Origin: an uncultured delta proteobacterium
GTDB lineage: Bacteria; Desulfobacterota; Binatia; UBA9968
DNA: 64,000 nucleotides
NCBI GenBank assembly: GCA_963816145.1
Contig: CAWFJP010000002.1
Coordinates: 256,001 to 320,000 of the forward strand
Direction of reading: 5' to 3'
Part shown: positions 12,585 to 21,122 of the stretch, piece by piece
How positions within the stretch are numbered: the stretch's first letter is position 1
Layout: each line of letters opens with the position of its first letter
Notes under the pieces: model-generated
Told to the model about the DNA's origin: nothing
What the model saw: only the letters and a program-made list of their open reading frames with translations
Databases searched by the model: none
Translations under genes and position numbers: made by a program

Positions 12585-14843
12585 CTAAGCAGCCAAGAGA
12601 AGGGAATTTGATTCTTGCTCGAAGAGCCAATAGTTTGACTTAGGTTCCGAAATAGGGTGTAAAAATCCACATCGTACACCTAACTCATCTCGACTTGATT
12701 GGAGCACAAGTGGGCATCGCTCTAGAAGTTTATCAAACGTCGATCTTGCTCTCGTCAGTTCTCGCAACTCGGCATAAGCATGCAATTGGATTATCTGCGC
12801 AATTGGTCTGACTGTAGGATAAAAATCGCGACGTAGGAGATCGACGGCTTGCTCAAATTGTGACTTCCGTAGTCTTGCGCCTGCGAGTGCAGCTTCAAAA
12901 AAGTCTTTTTGAGTAAACCACGGATTTTCCTTTAACCCACATTCGAATGTCTCTATAGCTGCGTCGAGTTCACCTTTTCGTAGAGAAATTGTTCCACGAA
13001 TATGAAAAGAGATCCATTCCGAAAATGTGGCGGGACTGTGAATGGGTAACAAGCTTAGAGCTTCGTCAAACTGTCCTTTTGCGGCTAACGCCGACGCTAT
13101 ACCATTCCGAGCTATAAGGTTTCCGGGGAAGCGATTCAGATTCTCCCGGTAAGCTGCAATTGCATCGTCAAGCCTATTCTGTCTTCTCAGAACATCCGCG
13201 CGGCCATTCCGACCTACGACATCCATTTTAAACCGCACGGTCAATTCGTCGTAAGCGGCCAAGGCTTCATCAAAGTCCCCCAAATCCTTAAATACATTTG
13301 CTCTTCCAAGGCGGCATACCCGATCCAGAGGAAAGTGTGCTCCAATATAATCAAATTGTTTTAGTGCGTCGTCAAGATTACCGAGCTGTTTTACTACTTC
13401 CGCCTTCCCGTTGAGTGTAACTAACTCAGATGGAAATAGCTGAAGGGTTTCATCATAGGCGGCCAAGGATTCTTTAAGCCGGCCTACATCCCTAAGTATG
13501 GTGGCGCGTCCGTTCAGTGGCACCACTTCATAGGGGAATTTGTCTAGAACCGTATTGTAGATTTCTAAAGCTTCGTCTAGTCGACCCATTTCTCGCTTCA
13601 CTTCTGCGCGGCCACACTGCGGCGAAGATTGATCAGGAAATGCTTCAGCGCAAGATTGAAAGATCTCAAGGGCCTCTGTTAGCTCTCCCAGATCCTTCAA
13701 CACTTCGCCCCGACCACACATAGCTATTGCTGTGTCGCCTAGAACTCCAGCTCGATAATATGCCGCTAGAGCTTTCTCAAACTCTCCAAGAGATCGGTAA
13801 GCGTCCCCTAGCTGCGCATGGGCCCACGCATCAGTCGGTAATTCCTTAGTCGCCCACTCTGAAAGCTCCAATTGTAATTGGATATCTCCGATACGTTTGC
13901 AGTATTGCGCGAGGTCGCACAACGATTTCGCAATGTGCTCCGGTTCACTGCTTGAACGCTGACTTACAACAAGTTCTTGAATGCACTTCCATGCCAGGTC
14001 ACGGCGGTCTTCCAATAGAAATGCTTTAATAGAGTTTTTTTGCTTTTCTACGTTCAAAAAAATTTGATACCCACCGCTCGATCGCGCATGTCTGTCGGCC
14101 TGTGCGCTTAGATTTATATGGTCTTCATCGTCAACAAACCTTATATTAGAAACTTTTTCTTTGAATGGGGCCGCCCACTCCATGAAAATGCGTCTATCCT
14201 TCGCTTTACCTCGGAACTCGGGAAGCGCAAGTATTTGTAGCAGTGCGTAATCACTCTTGAACCGTTCAGTGACAAACATGCGAAATGCACCGGCCTTGAC
14301 TGCCGCGACGCGGAAACTTTCTTTGGCATCTCCGCTGCCAAAGAGATCTTCTGGTAAAGCATTCCAGGCCACAACGCGTCGCGCGATTTCGTCCTGATCA
14401 GCTTCTAATATCATCAAAAACTCTTCTACATTTAAGCAATGATTTTGACGGGCGAACTGAATGGCGCCTGGCAAATCACCGTTCTTAGGCAAGGGAGCTG
14501 AATAAAAATAATTTGCTAGATAATCAACAGTCTCAGCTGTTAGCAATTCCGAAAGGCAATCGCACGCTGACTGGCGAATTTCGACATCCTTATCCCGATC
14601 TAACAAAAGCAGTAACAGTAACATTGCACGATCGCGAGTCCATGTCGTCTCCAACTCCTGCACCACCTTCTGTTGCGTCACGTCTTCAAATGATTGAATG
14701 TCCGTCAAATCACGTAAAATCCAAGATGCTTCCACTTCTGTTCGTTCAGTGAGTTCGTCTGGGTAGTTTATTCCAATCGACCTGATTTGGTCTTGGTCGT
14801 AGAGAATCGCAACACCAGCTTGTCCGGAGATGAGTGCCTTCAA
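12585..14843 (-). CDS. Tetratricopeptide-repeat protein, 752 aa, with non-TPR N-terminal domain
   Basis: About 10 regular 34-aa repeats of type NGRAEVLKDLGRLDEALxxY..FP; TTG start overlaps upstream stop; low GC. Confidence 0.9.
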   Translation of the reverse strand: MKALISGQAGVAILYDQDQIRSIGINYPDELTERTEVEASWILRDLTDIQSFEDVTQQKVVQELETTWTRDRAMLLLLLLLDRDKDVEIRQSACDCLSELLTAETVDYLANYFYSAPLPKNGDLPGAIQFARQNHCLNVEEFLMILEADQDEIARRVVAWNALPEDLFGSGDAKESFRVAAVKAGAFRMFVTERFKSDYALLQILALPEFRGKAKDRRIFMEWAAPFKEKVSNIRFVDDEDHINLSAQADRHARSSGGYQIFLNVEKQKNSIKAFLLEDRRDLAWKCIQELVVSQRSSSEPEHIAKSLCDLAQYCKRIGDIQLQLELSEWATKELPTDAWAHAQLGDAYRSLGEFEKALAAYYRAGVLGDTAIAMCGRGEVLKDLGELTEALEIFQSCAEAFPDQSSPQCGRAEVKREMGRLDEALEIYNTVLDKFPYEVVPLNGRATILRDVGRLKESLAAYDETLQLFPSELVTLNGKAEVVKQLGNLDDALKQFDYIGAHFPLDRVCRLGRANVFKDLGDFDEALAAYDELTVRFKMDVVGRNGRADVLRRQNRLDDAIAAYRENLNRFPGNLIARNGIASALAAKGQFDEALSLLPIHSPATFSEWISFHIRGTISLRKGELDAAIETFECGLKENPWFTQKDFFEAALAGARLRKSQFEQAVDLLRRDFYPTVRPIAQIIQLHAYAELRELTRARSTFDKLLERCPLVLQSSRDELGVRCGFLHPISEPKSNYWLFEQESNSLLLAA

Positions 14844-15685
14844 TTTTCCACCGTTATTTGGGCTTTGATCTCAGTTAATGTCCGTTTAACTGAAGCTAAC
14901 AAGATCTTGTCTGCCTTTTTGGTTGGTTGCTTAATCACCACAGCCTTTATTGCACGACGATGAATAGGACCGTAAATGTGGACTTCAACAAAATCGGGTG
15001 TTTCCTTAGTGTTTACCATTAGGATATTCGGAAAGTTAGTACTTCCCGTATCCTTATCAAGCCGACTCCCCAATTTGGCAAGCGCGAGGCGGCCACGATT
15101 CGACCAAGAAGTTCGAAACCCTGCGGGAATTTGAGCACCGATGGTGAATTTGTTTTTCTGGAAAAATTCGAAAGAGTTTTCTTCGAAGACAGATGCGCGG
15201 TCTCGAATCGCGCTCTCCTTTAATACGACAGAACAGCCGCCATAAGAGGTCGGTCCTTGACCATCTAACGTGAGTGCTGCAAATCGAATATGCTGGTGAT
15301 AATTGGGGAAAAGAGTGTTATCCACAGCCGTTCTGGTGGTATCGTAGACGTTCTTCTCTGGCAAGCGTGTTTCAGCGTTTACGAGTTGGTAGTATGTTGC
15401 ATATAGCGCATTATCGCTTTCAATCAGTTCTAGAATTTTGGGAAGTGATCGGCAGAACACAGCTTCTGAATCTTTCAAAGCCAGAAGAAATTGTTCCATA
15501 ACACCTTGGCAATCTCTTGTTCTGCAATCCTCGACAGATGTTTGGAAGCGTTTTTCAACCGCCTCAATTTCTTCCGATCGGTCCGCTTTTCTCACATTGG
15601 GATAGCCAGCGTCGGTGCCACATACCACGCAATTACGTTGATAATCCGGCACTTCCTCCCGGCATTCCTTGTTGGGACATATCAT
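14840..15685 (-). CDS. Zn-ribbon + putative ADP-ribosyltransferase-like (DUF3626-like) protein, 281 aa
   Basis: ATG 15685 MICPNKEC..NCVVC; IRFAAL..SYGGCSVVLK..RASVFEENS..DFVEVHIYGP; fold call is by eye. Confidence 0.7.
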   Translation of the reverse strand: MICPNKECREEVPDYQRNCVVCGTDAGYPNVRKADRSEEIEAVEKRFQTSVEDCRTRDCQGVMEQFLLALKDSEAVFCRSLPKILELIESDNALYATYYQLVNAETRLPEKNVYDTTRTAVDNTLFPNYHQHIRFAALTLDGQGPTSYGGCSVVLKESAIRDRASVFEENSFEFFQKNKFTIGAQIPAGFRTSWSNRGRLALAKLGSRLDKDTGSTNFPNILMVNTKETPDFVEVHIYGPIHRRAIKAVVIKQPTKKADKILLASVKRTLTEIKAQITVEN

Positions 15686-15795
15686 CTTTTTAACGACTGC
15701 AATTGCTAAGCCAAACATCCACTCAAGCGCTAGACTCGCGATCGAATAGGGCATCGAGGCTAGGACTTCCCATTGCCCACCCAAATTTCACCCCT

Positions 15796-15825
15796 AACCT
15801 AGTGCAGACGGCGGATGGAGGTCAA
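15796..15825 (-). promoter_or_regulatory. Candidate sigma70 promoter of the low-GC cassette
   Basis: TTGACC, 18 bp, TAGGTT on minus strand, about 110 bp upstream of ATG 15685. Confidence 0.35.
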
Positions 15826-16138
15826 GAGAAGCGTCGGCTCAGGCATCGATGTCAGTTTATCTTACCATCGTCGAGTAGTGGAGTGGACCTGACGATTCAA
15901 TATTTTAAATTGACGAGCCAGCTTCGTCTCTGTTTGCTTATCCCGATGCACCCGGTACGCCAATTCCTCGGTAGTGAACCGACTCCATTCCCGCCAATTA
16001 AACGAGCTGCGCTTCGTCCGCGGCCCATACAGCTAGAGTCCCGCTTGCATGAATATTTTACAGTTCAATTCCCGCGAGGCACAGATCGCTGCCAATAGCA
16101 GGACGAATCCAACCCGCTAGGCGTTTAAATCGATCTCT

Positions 16139-16531
16139 TCAGGAAACAACCGCGATCGCGTTGATCTCCAGCAGCAGCTCGGGGCGCGCCAACGCTACCA
16201 CCTGCACCATCGTGCTGGTTGGAAAGTTCGATCCCAGGAATTCGCGCCGGGTTTCGTTGATGTCGCGGTGATTTCGCACGTCCGTGGTGAAGACGTTGAG
16301 CGCGACGACATCGTTGATCGTACCGCCGGCGGCTTCGACGGCGCGTTGAATCTTTCCCAAGATGAAACGCGTCTGTGCCCGGGCATCGCCGACGCCGACG
16401 ACCTTGCCATCATGATCTGAAGCGGTCTGGCCGGCGATGAATACCATCCGGCCCGGCTGCGCAATGTTGACCAGCGAATAACTCCCGCGTGGCACCGGCA
16501 GTCCATCGGGATTGAGTGTGGTCTTTGCCAT
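16139..16531 (-). CDS. RidA/YjgF family protein
   Basis: VFIAGQ, FPTSTMVQVVALARPELLLEI; AGGAGG 8 nt before ATG 16531. Confidence 0.9.
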   Translation of the reverse strand: MAKTTLNPDGLPVPRGSYSLVNIAQPGRMVFIAGQTASDHDGKVVGVGDARAQTRFILGKIQRAVEAAGGTINDVVALNVFTTDVRNHRDINETRREFLGSNFPTSTMVQVVALARPELLLEINAIAVVS

Positions 16532-16625
16532 GGTCATGTCCTCCTGCGAACGTAGTGAGCTTTCGATCCTTAATGTCCCTTTCGGGGATGGTTGAAATCC
16601 CTCGACTTGAGGCGAAGAGAGGTTT

Positions 16626-16733
16626 GTCATGCCGGCGCAGGCCGGCATCCATCTTCGCGCGCGCTGCAAGGCCAAACGAAACCTGGATTCCGGCCCCGGA
16701 TCAAGGCCGGGGCAGGCTCTACGCCGGAATGAC
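16626..16733. repeat. Palindromic REP/RPE-like element
   Basis: GTCATGCCGGCG..GCCGGCATCCA...TGGATTCCGGC..CGCCGGAATGAC; related copy at 33292-33374. Confidence 0.8.
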
Positions 16734-16798
16734 GACCCCGAAAAGTCGACTTTAAGTCGACAAATTGCTTAAAGCCGAGGGTTGTTCAGTTGATTTTG

Positions 16799-17161
16799 CT
16801 ACGGCTTCGGCTTAACGCGTGTATAAAGTATTCGCGTGTTCGTCAACACATGCTCAAGGAGCAAAGCGTCATCATCGATGCTAACGATTTTGTGCACTAC
16901 GGCGCCCTGACCTCCGCCCAGATCAAAAAACAGACGGTCTCCCTCGATTCTACATGGATGATACTGGGAGTCGCTGTCAAGCCAAACCAAATTGCCCGTG
17001 ATCGCGAAGTCGGCCGTCGGGTTCTTGAAGTTGGACCACCACGCCCCTTGCAACTGGTCGAGACTATAGATGGCCGAACATGAAACCGACGCCGCGGCCA
17101 TGACGGCCGCGACGATGCCGAGTACGGTCTTGTTAGCGTGCGGGTAAATTCTACGCTCCAT
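16799..17161 (-). CDS. Hypothetical exported/lipoprotein
   Basis: Hydrophobic signal ending ASVSC; beta-rich body. Confidence 0.6.
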   Translation of the reverse strand: MERRIYPHANKTVLGIVAAVMAAASVSCSAIYSLDQLQGAWWSNFKNPTADFAITGNLVWLDSDSQYHPCRIEGDRLFFDLGGGQGAVVHKIVSIDDDALLLEHVLTNTRILYTRVKPKP

Positions 17162-17235
17162 CCCACGTATGCGAGCCAATCATCGAGATGTTTTAAGTGT
17201 CGTTTGTAGCGCTAGTCTCTCTTACTTTCGTTACT

Positions 17236-17373
17236 CTAGTCCAACAATTCTTGGCAAGCCAGCCTGGCTCCTTCGGCCAATGCGTAGAGTTTCGCAAAAG
17301 CTAAACTGGCATCGGGGAGATGGCGCAGGCCGCAGTCGGTGCAGGCGATGACGTTCTCTTTGCCGACCAGTTT
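17236..17373 (-). pseudogene. 3' remnant of a MetE-like paralogue
   Basis: Translates KLVGKENVIACTDCGLRHLPDASLAFAKLYALAEGARLACQELLD*; 42/45 aa and 112/138 nt identical to 31936-32073 by manual count. Confidence 0.9.
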
Positions 17374-17515
17374 CGTCTCAAAAGACGAACTCAAGGCGAT
17401 CATGCCCCCCCGATGCGATTCCGGCGGCGGGCACTTACATCGTCACCCTCACGTTCGAGGAGAAGATTTTCCAGAGTCCCATCGCGCGCATCTGATTGTC
17501 GAATTTAAGCCGTAA
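17372..17515 (+). pseudogene. 3' remnant of an IPT/TIG-like domain gene with two frameshifts
   Basis: FVSKDELKAIMPP / DAIPAAGTYIVTLTFE / EDFPESHRAHLIVEFKP*. Confidence 0.6.
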
Positions 17516-17632
17516 CGGCTATTTTATCCGATTGTAGTTGAGTGTTTGCGTGGTCCCGAGGTCTTTCCTTATCGGGGACAGTCCGCTGCTTACGATACCG
17601 GCTCTAAGTTCATGAAGCCTTTTAATCTCTAT

Positions 17633-17803
17633 GGGGTTAATTCCCCGCAGCTTGCTGCGTTGCATTTCCGACGTAGGATGGGTTGAGCGTCAGCGATACC
17701 CATCATCTCCAGACGGTGGGTATCGGCGTTCCGCCTCAACCCACCCTACGAATGAATGTTATTCTGACCTGATATGCCGCTGCTTGCGGCGGGGTTCTTC
17801 ATT
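17633..17803. repeat. Nested repeats: GTAG-type REP pair (17672-17750) inside a CCCCGCAGCTTGCTGCG-type element
   Basis: CGTAGGATGGGTTGAG..GATACCCA / TGGGTATC..CTCAACCCACCCTACG flanked by CCCCGCAGCTTGCTGCG and GCCGCTGCTTGCGGCGGGG. Confidence 0.7.
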
Positions 17804-18008
17804 CCCGCGTCCAATTCTCGCTGAGGCAAATCGCCAATCCGTGCAATTCATGGCGCCCAATGCGACCTGTTGACTGAGGTTTCAGAAGGGATTACTTTTC
17901 GCGCATATCAAACTATAGTCGTAATATACTCATTATGCTATCGTCTAGCTAGGACTTATGTAGTAGTAATGCAAGGAGGTTATTGCCCGCGCGATCGGAA
18001 CGAAACCT

Positions 18009-19367
18009 ATGCCTAGAGTTCTCGTTATCGAAAAGCACGACGCGGCTCGGAAGTTGATCGAGAATCAACTTAACGGCAGGTTGTGCGTCGATTCAGCGGA
18101 ATCTGTTCGAGCTGCACTTGAGCGGCATAACCGCGAGCCGTTCGACATCATCATTTGGGATTCAGTTTCAGCGCCTTCGGACTGTTTCAGCTCCGCAAAC
18201 ACCGTCAGAAAGTTTCTCCGCAAGCCGGCTCACATGAGGGCCATTGTCCTATCTAATGTCGCTGAACCGGAGATTATCTCCGGACGCAAGCTGCGTTGCG
18301 ATTGGTTGCAAACGCCGGTGGACGAAACGGAGTTGCTCGCGGTGATAGGGACGGCCTTGCGTCACGATGCATCGACTTACAGATGCGCGTCCACGGGAGA
18401 GCTTTTTATTCCCACCGAGTTTGAAGGCATACTCTCCTTTACGCTGACGATGAAAGGCGTAATCCAGCAGGTTCTTGAGGCCGCCAAGGATGATATTCCG
18501 GTTCTAATTATCGGCGAAACCGGCACGGGCAAAGATCTTGTTGCCACGGCGATCCACAAGCGCAGCGGTCGGCGTGGAGCACCTTACCTACCCGTAAATA
18601 TGGGTGCGATAGCGTCTGACCTTATCGCCAGCGAACTGTTCGGCCACGAGAAAGGCGCCTACACAGGAGCTTCGGAACGGCGCGCTGGCCTTTTTGAACA
18701 GGCGGAAGGCGGAACGATCTTTCTTGACGAGATCACAACCATGGATGAGAAAGCGCAAGTCGCCCTGCTCCGTGTCCTCGAAAACAAAACGATCCGAAGA
18801 GTGCGCGGCGAACGAGACATTCGGGTTAACGTCCGGGTGATCGCGGCAACGAATGAGAACATCGAAGAAGCGGTAAGGCAAGGCCGCTTCCGCGAAGATT
18901 TGTATTATCGATTAGATGTGTTTCGGATTCAGCTCCCCCCGCTTCGGGAACGAGCAGCTGCGGTCAGTTTATTCGCCGACCACTTCGTCGCTCATTTTGC
19001 AAAGCTATATAAAAAAGACATACGGAGCATCTCGCGGGATTGTTATCATGCTCTACGCCAGCATCATTGGCCCGGCAATGTGCGAGAACTGAAGAATGTG
19101 ATTCAGCGCGCTGTCCTGCTCGCCCAACAACCCGAGTTAACTCCCGATTTGTTGCCCTCAAGGATTCTGCAGGCTATCGGTTCGGTCGCACCAACGGACT
19201 GCGAGCCCTCGCCCATTCGACAGGGAATGACCCTGGACGAAGTCGAAAAGGAATACATCAAGCTCACGCTTTCTTTGATGAATGGAAATAAGGCGAAGAC
19301 CGCTTCCTCGCTTGGGATCTGCCGCCGCGCTCTCTATAGTAAGCTCAAGCGATTCGGCATGCGGTAA
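18009..19367 (+). CDS. Sigma54-dependent activator (divergent receiver, AAA+, Fis-HTH)
   Basis: GETGTGKD, ELFGHEKGAYTGA, FLDEI, WPGNVRELKN, C-terminal HTH. Confidence 0.95.
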   Translation: MPRVLVIEKHDAARKLIENQLNGRLCVDSAESVRAALERHNREPFDIIIWDSVSAPSDCFSSANTVRKFLRKPAHMRAIVLSNVAEPEIISGRKLRCDWLQTPVDETELLAVIGTALRHDASTYRCASTGELFIPTEFEGILSFTLTMKGVIQQVLEAAKDDIPVLIIGETGTGKDLVATAIHKRSGRRGAPYLPVNMGAIASDLIASELFGHEKGAYTGASERRAGLFEQAEGGTIFLDEITTMDEKAQVALLRVLENKTIRRVRGERDIRVNVRVIAATNENIEEAVRQGRFREDLYYRLDVFRIQLPPLRERAAAVSLFADHFVAHFAKLYKKDIRSISRDCYHALRQHHWPGNVRELKNVIQRAVLLAQQPELTPDLLPSRILQAIGSVAPTDCEPSPIRQGMTLDEVEKEYIKLTLSLMNGNKAKTASSLGICRRALYSKLKRFGMR

Positions 19368-19369
19368 AC

Positions 19370-19481
19370 CGTGCAGCCTTTACACATCGGGCGCCATCCG
19401 GGTCCCATGAGTTTTTTTATGCTGCATACAATTTTCTCACACCAACCTTCCCGCCTGCTTTGACTGTGCATAATTTACTCG
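19370..19481 (+). promoter_or_regulatory. Candidate enhancer (UAS) sites
   Basis: Two copies of GTGCA-N3-TTTAC at 19371 and 19466. Confidence 0.4.
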
Positions 19482-19554
19482 GTTTCCTCCCCCCGGCTCG
19501 CCTCCCCGCTAGCTAAACCGCTTTAACTCTCTGATCAGACACAAGTTTCTCTTC

Positions 19555-19571
19555 TTGGTCCAGTTGTTGCC
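19555..19571 (+). promoter_or_regulatory. Candidate sigma54 (-24/-12) promoter
   Basis: TTGGTCCAGTTGTTGCC: GG-N10-GC with TTGC, between the activator and the operon. Confidence 0.55.
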
Positions 19572-19653
19572 ATGGTTAGACCGTGGTGCGGGATAGTCCC
19601 GCGCCGTCGCGCCTCGTGGCTGACGAAGGAATACTGGCCATGATCGTAGCCGC

Positions 19654-20082
19654 GTGAAAACCGTTTTGCTGGTTTGTGCCGGCAATTGCCGGAAGTTGAA
19701 TACTCGACTGGCGCGCGCAGGTTGCGCAGTTATGAACGTCAGTGACGGCCCAACCGCAGTGTCGCGCGCCCGGCACGAAAGAGTCGACGCGTTCGTCCTC
19801 GCATCAACGGGAAAAGAAATGGATTTGACCGAAACCGCATTGAACCTAAGAGACATCCATCCAAACGCCGAAATCATCTTGCTCACTGGCTCGGAAGGTA
19901 GGACTGCAACAACAGCCGATATGGGTCCAATCGTCCGTGCGCTGCCCGAAACACAAGTTCTTTCAGCAGGTGATTTGAGCAGATATCTGGCATCTCCTGA
20001 TAGGCAAGCAGCCCCGCCGAAAAGGCGCGCCGGTGAAAGCGATCGCGCGTGCGCAAGCGCTTCAACGAGGAGAGATAAATGA
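19654..20082 (+). CDS. Degenerate receiver-like protein
   Basis: KTVLLV..VDAFVL..EIILLTG pattern without the phospho-Asp; overlaps next start. Confidence 0.55.
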   Translation: MKTVLLVCAGNCRKLNTRLARAGCAVMNVSDGPTAVSRARHERVDAFVLASTGKEMDLTETALNLRDIHPNAEIILLTGSEGRTATTADMGPIVRALPETQVLSAGDLSRYLASPDRQAAPPKRRAGESDRACASASTRRDK

Positions 20083-21104
20083 ACCGAACCAATTCCCTCT
20101 CCGGATTCTTTCTGGCGGCTGTAACATGGGCCTTGGCCATCGGCCTGCTCTCATCAGCATGGGCTGAAGAGCGGGTCCGCTTGGCATACATCTCCGACTC
20201 TCCAGGATCATCGGCTCCTTACTGGATCGCCAAAGAAGCCGGTCTGTTCAAAAAGTACGGGCTTGATGCCGAGCTGATCTTTATCAACGGCAGCACGCGA
20301 GGCATCCAGGCCCTGCTAGCCGGCGACTTGGACTTCGCGGGAGCGGTGGGCACCTCCGCGATCAACGGCCGCTTGGCGGGCGGCGAGGTGCTGATCGTGG
20401 ACAGCCTCGTCAACACGCTTCCGTACTACATTCTCGCGAGGCCGGAGATCAAATCGCCCGAAAGCCTCAAAGGTCGAACCCTCGCAACCCATATCCCCGG
20501 TACTTCTGCTGATTTTGCCGTGCGGCTGGCGCTGCGCAAATACGGCATCGACTACAAGGATATCAAAGCAGTCACGGTCGGTGGTGCCACGGCGCGCGTC
20601 GCTGCCGTGATCAACGGCCAAACCGATTTCACCATGGTGACCGATTCGGGGAAGATCCAGGGAGAAAAAGCCGGCCTGAAGGTGATCATCGACATGGCAA
20701 AGCTCAAGATCCCGTTTCAGTTCACCTGCACGGTAACCTCGGCAAAATTGATTAGAGAGAAACCGAAAACCGTCGTCGAGCCGATGGCTAAGGCGGTCGC
20801 TGAGGCAGTGCACTTTTTCAAAAACGACAAGAAAGAAACGATCGCGATCATGGCGAAATACACACGCGGCGCGCCGCCCAGCGTGCTCGAAGGCTCCTGG
20901 CTCGCCTACCAGGACCTTTTGCAGGAAGACACCTACCCGACGTTGGCAGGGCTTAGCGACACTCTCGCCGTGCAGTCGAATTGGGATCCGAAGGCCGCCA
21001 CGGCGAAGGCTGAGGACTTCGTCGATTTACGCTTTGTCAAAAACCTAAAAAGGTCCGGCTTCATCGACAAGCTCTATGGCCGCACGCATGTGACTCAAAA
21101 TTAA
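20079..21104 (+). CDS. ABC substrate-binding protein, NMT1/SsuA family
   Basis: Signal peptide, WIAKEAGLFKKYGLD, LKGRTL. Confidence 0.9.
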   Translation: MNRTNSLSGFFLAAVTWALAIGLLSSAWAEERVRLAYISDSPGSSAPYWIAKEAGLFKKYGLDAELIFINGSTRGIQALLAGDLDFAGAVGTSAINGRLAGGEVLIVDSLVNTLPYYILARPEIKSPESLKGRTLATHIPGTSADFAVRLALRKYGIDYKDIKAVTVGGATARVAAVINGQTDFTMVTDSGKIQGEKAGLKVIIDMAKLKIPFQFTCTVTSAKLIREKPKTVVEPMAKAVAEAVHFFKNDKKETIAIMAKYTRGAPPSVLEGSWLAYQDLLQEDTYPTLAGLSDTLAVQSNWDPKAATAKAEDFVDLRFVKNLKRSGFIDKLYGRTHVTQN

Positions 21105-21122
21105 CGAACGTACGGAGGGTAC

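Noticed and set aside
15686-15784. 33-aa N-terminal extension of the effector ORF and overlapping + ORF 15703-16098
   Set aside because: TTG start without support; the Zn ribbon begins at ATG 15685 and the region looks like promoter/UTR.
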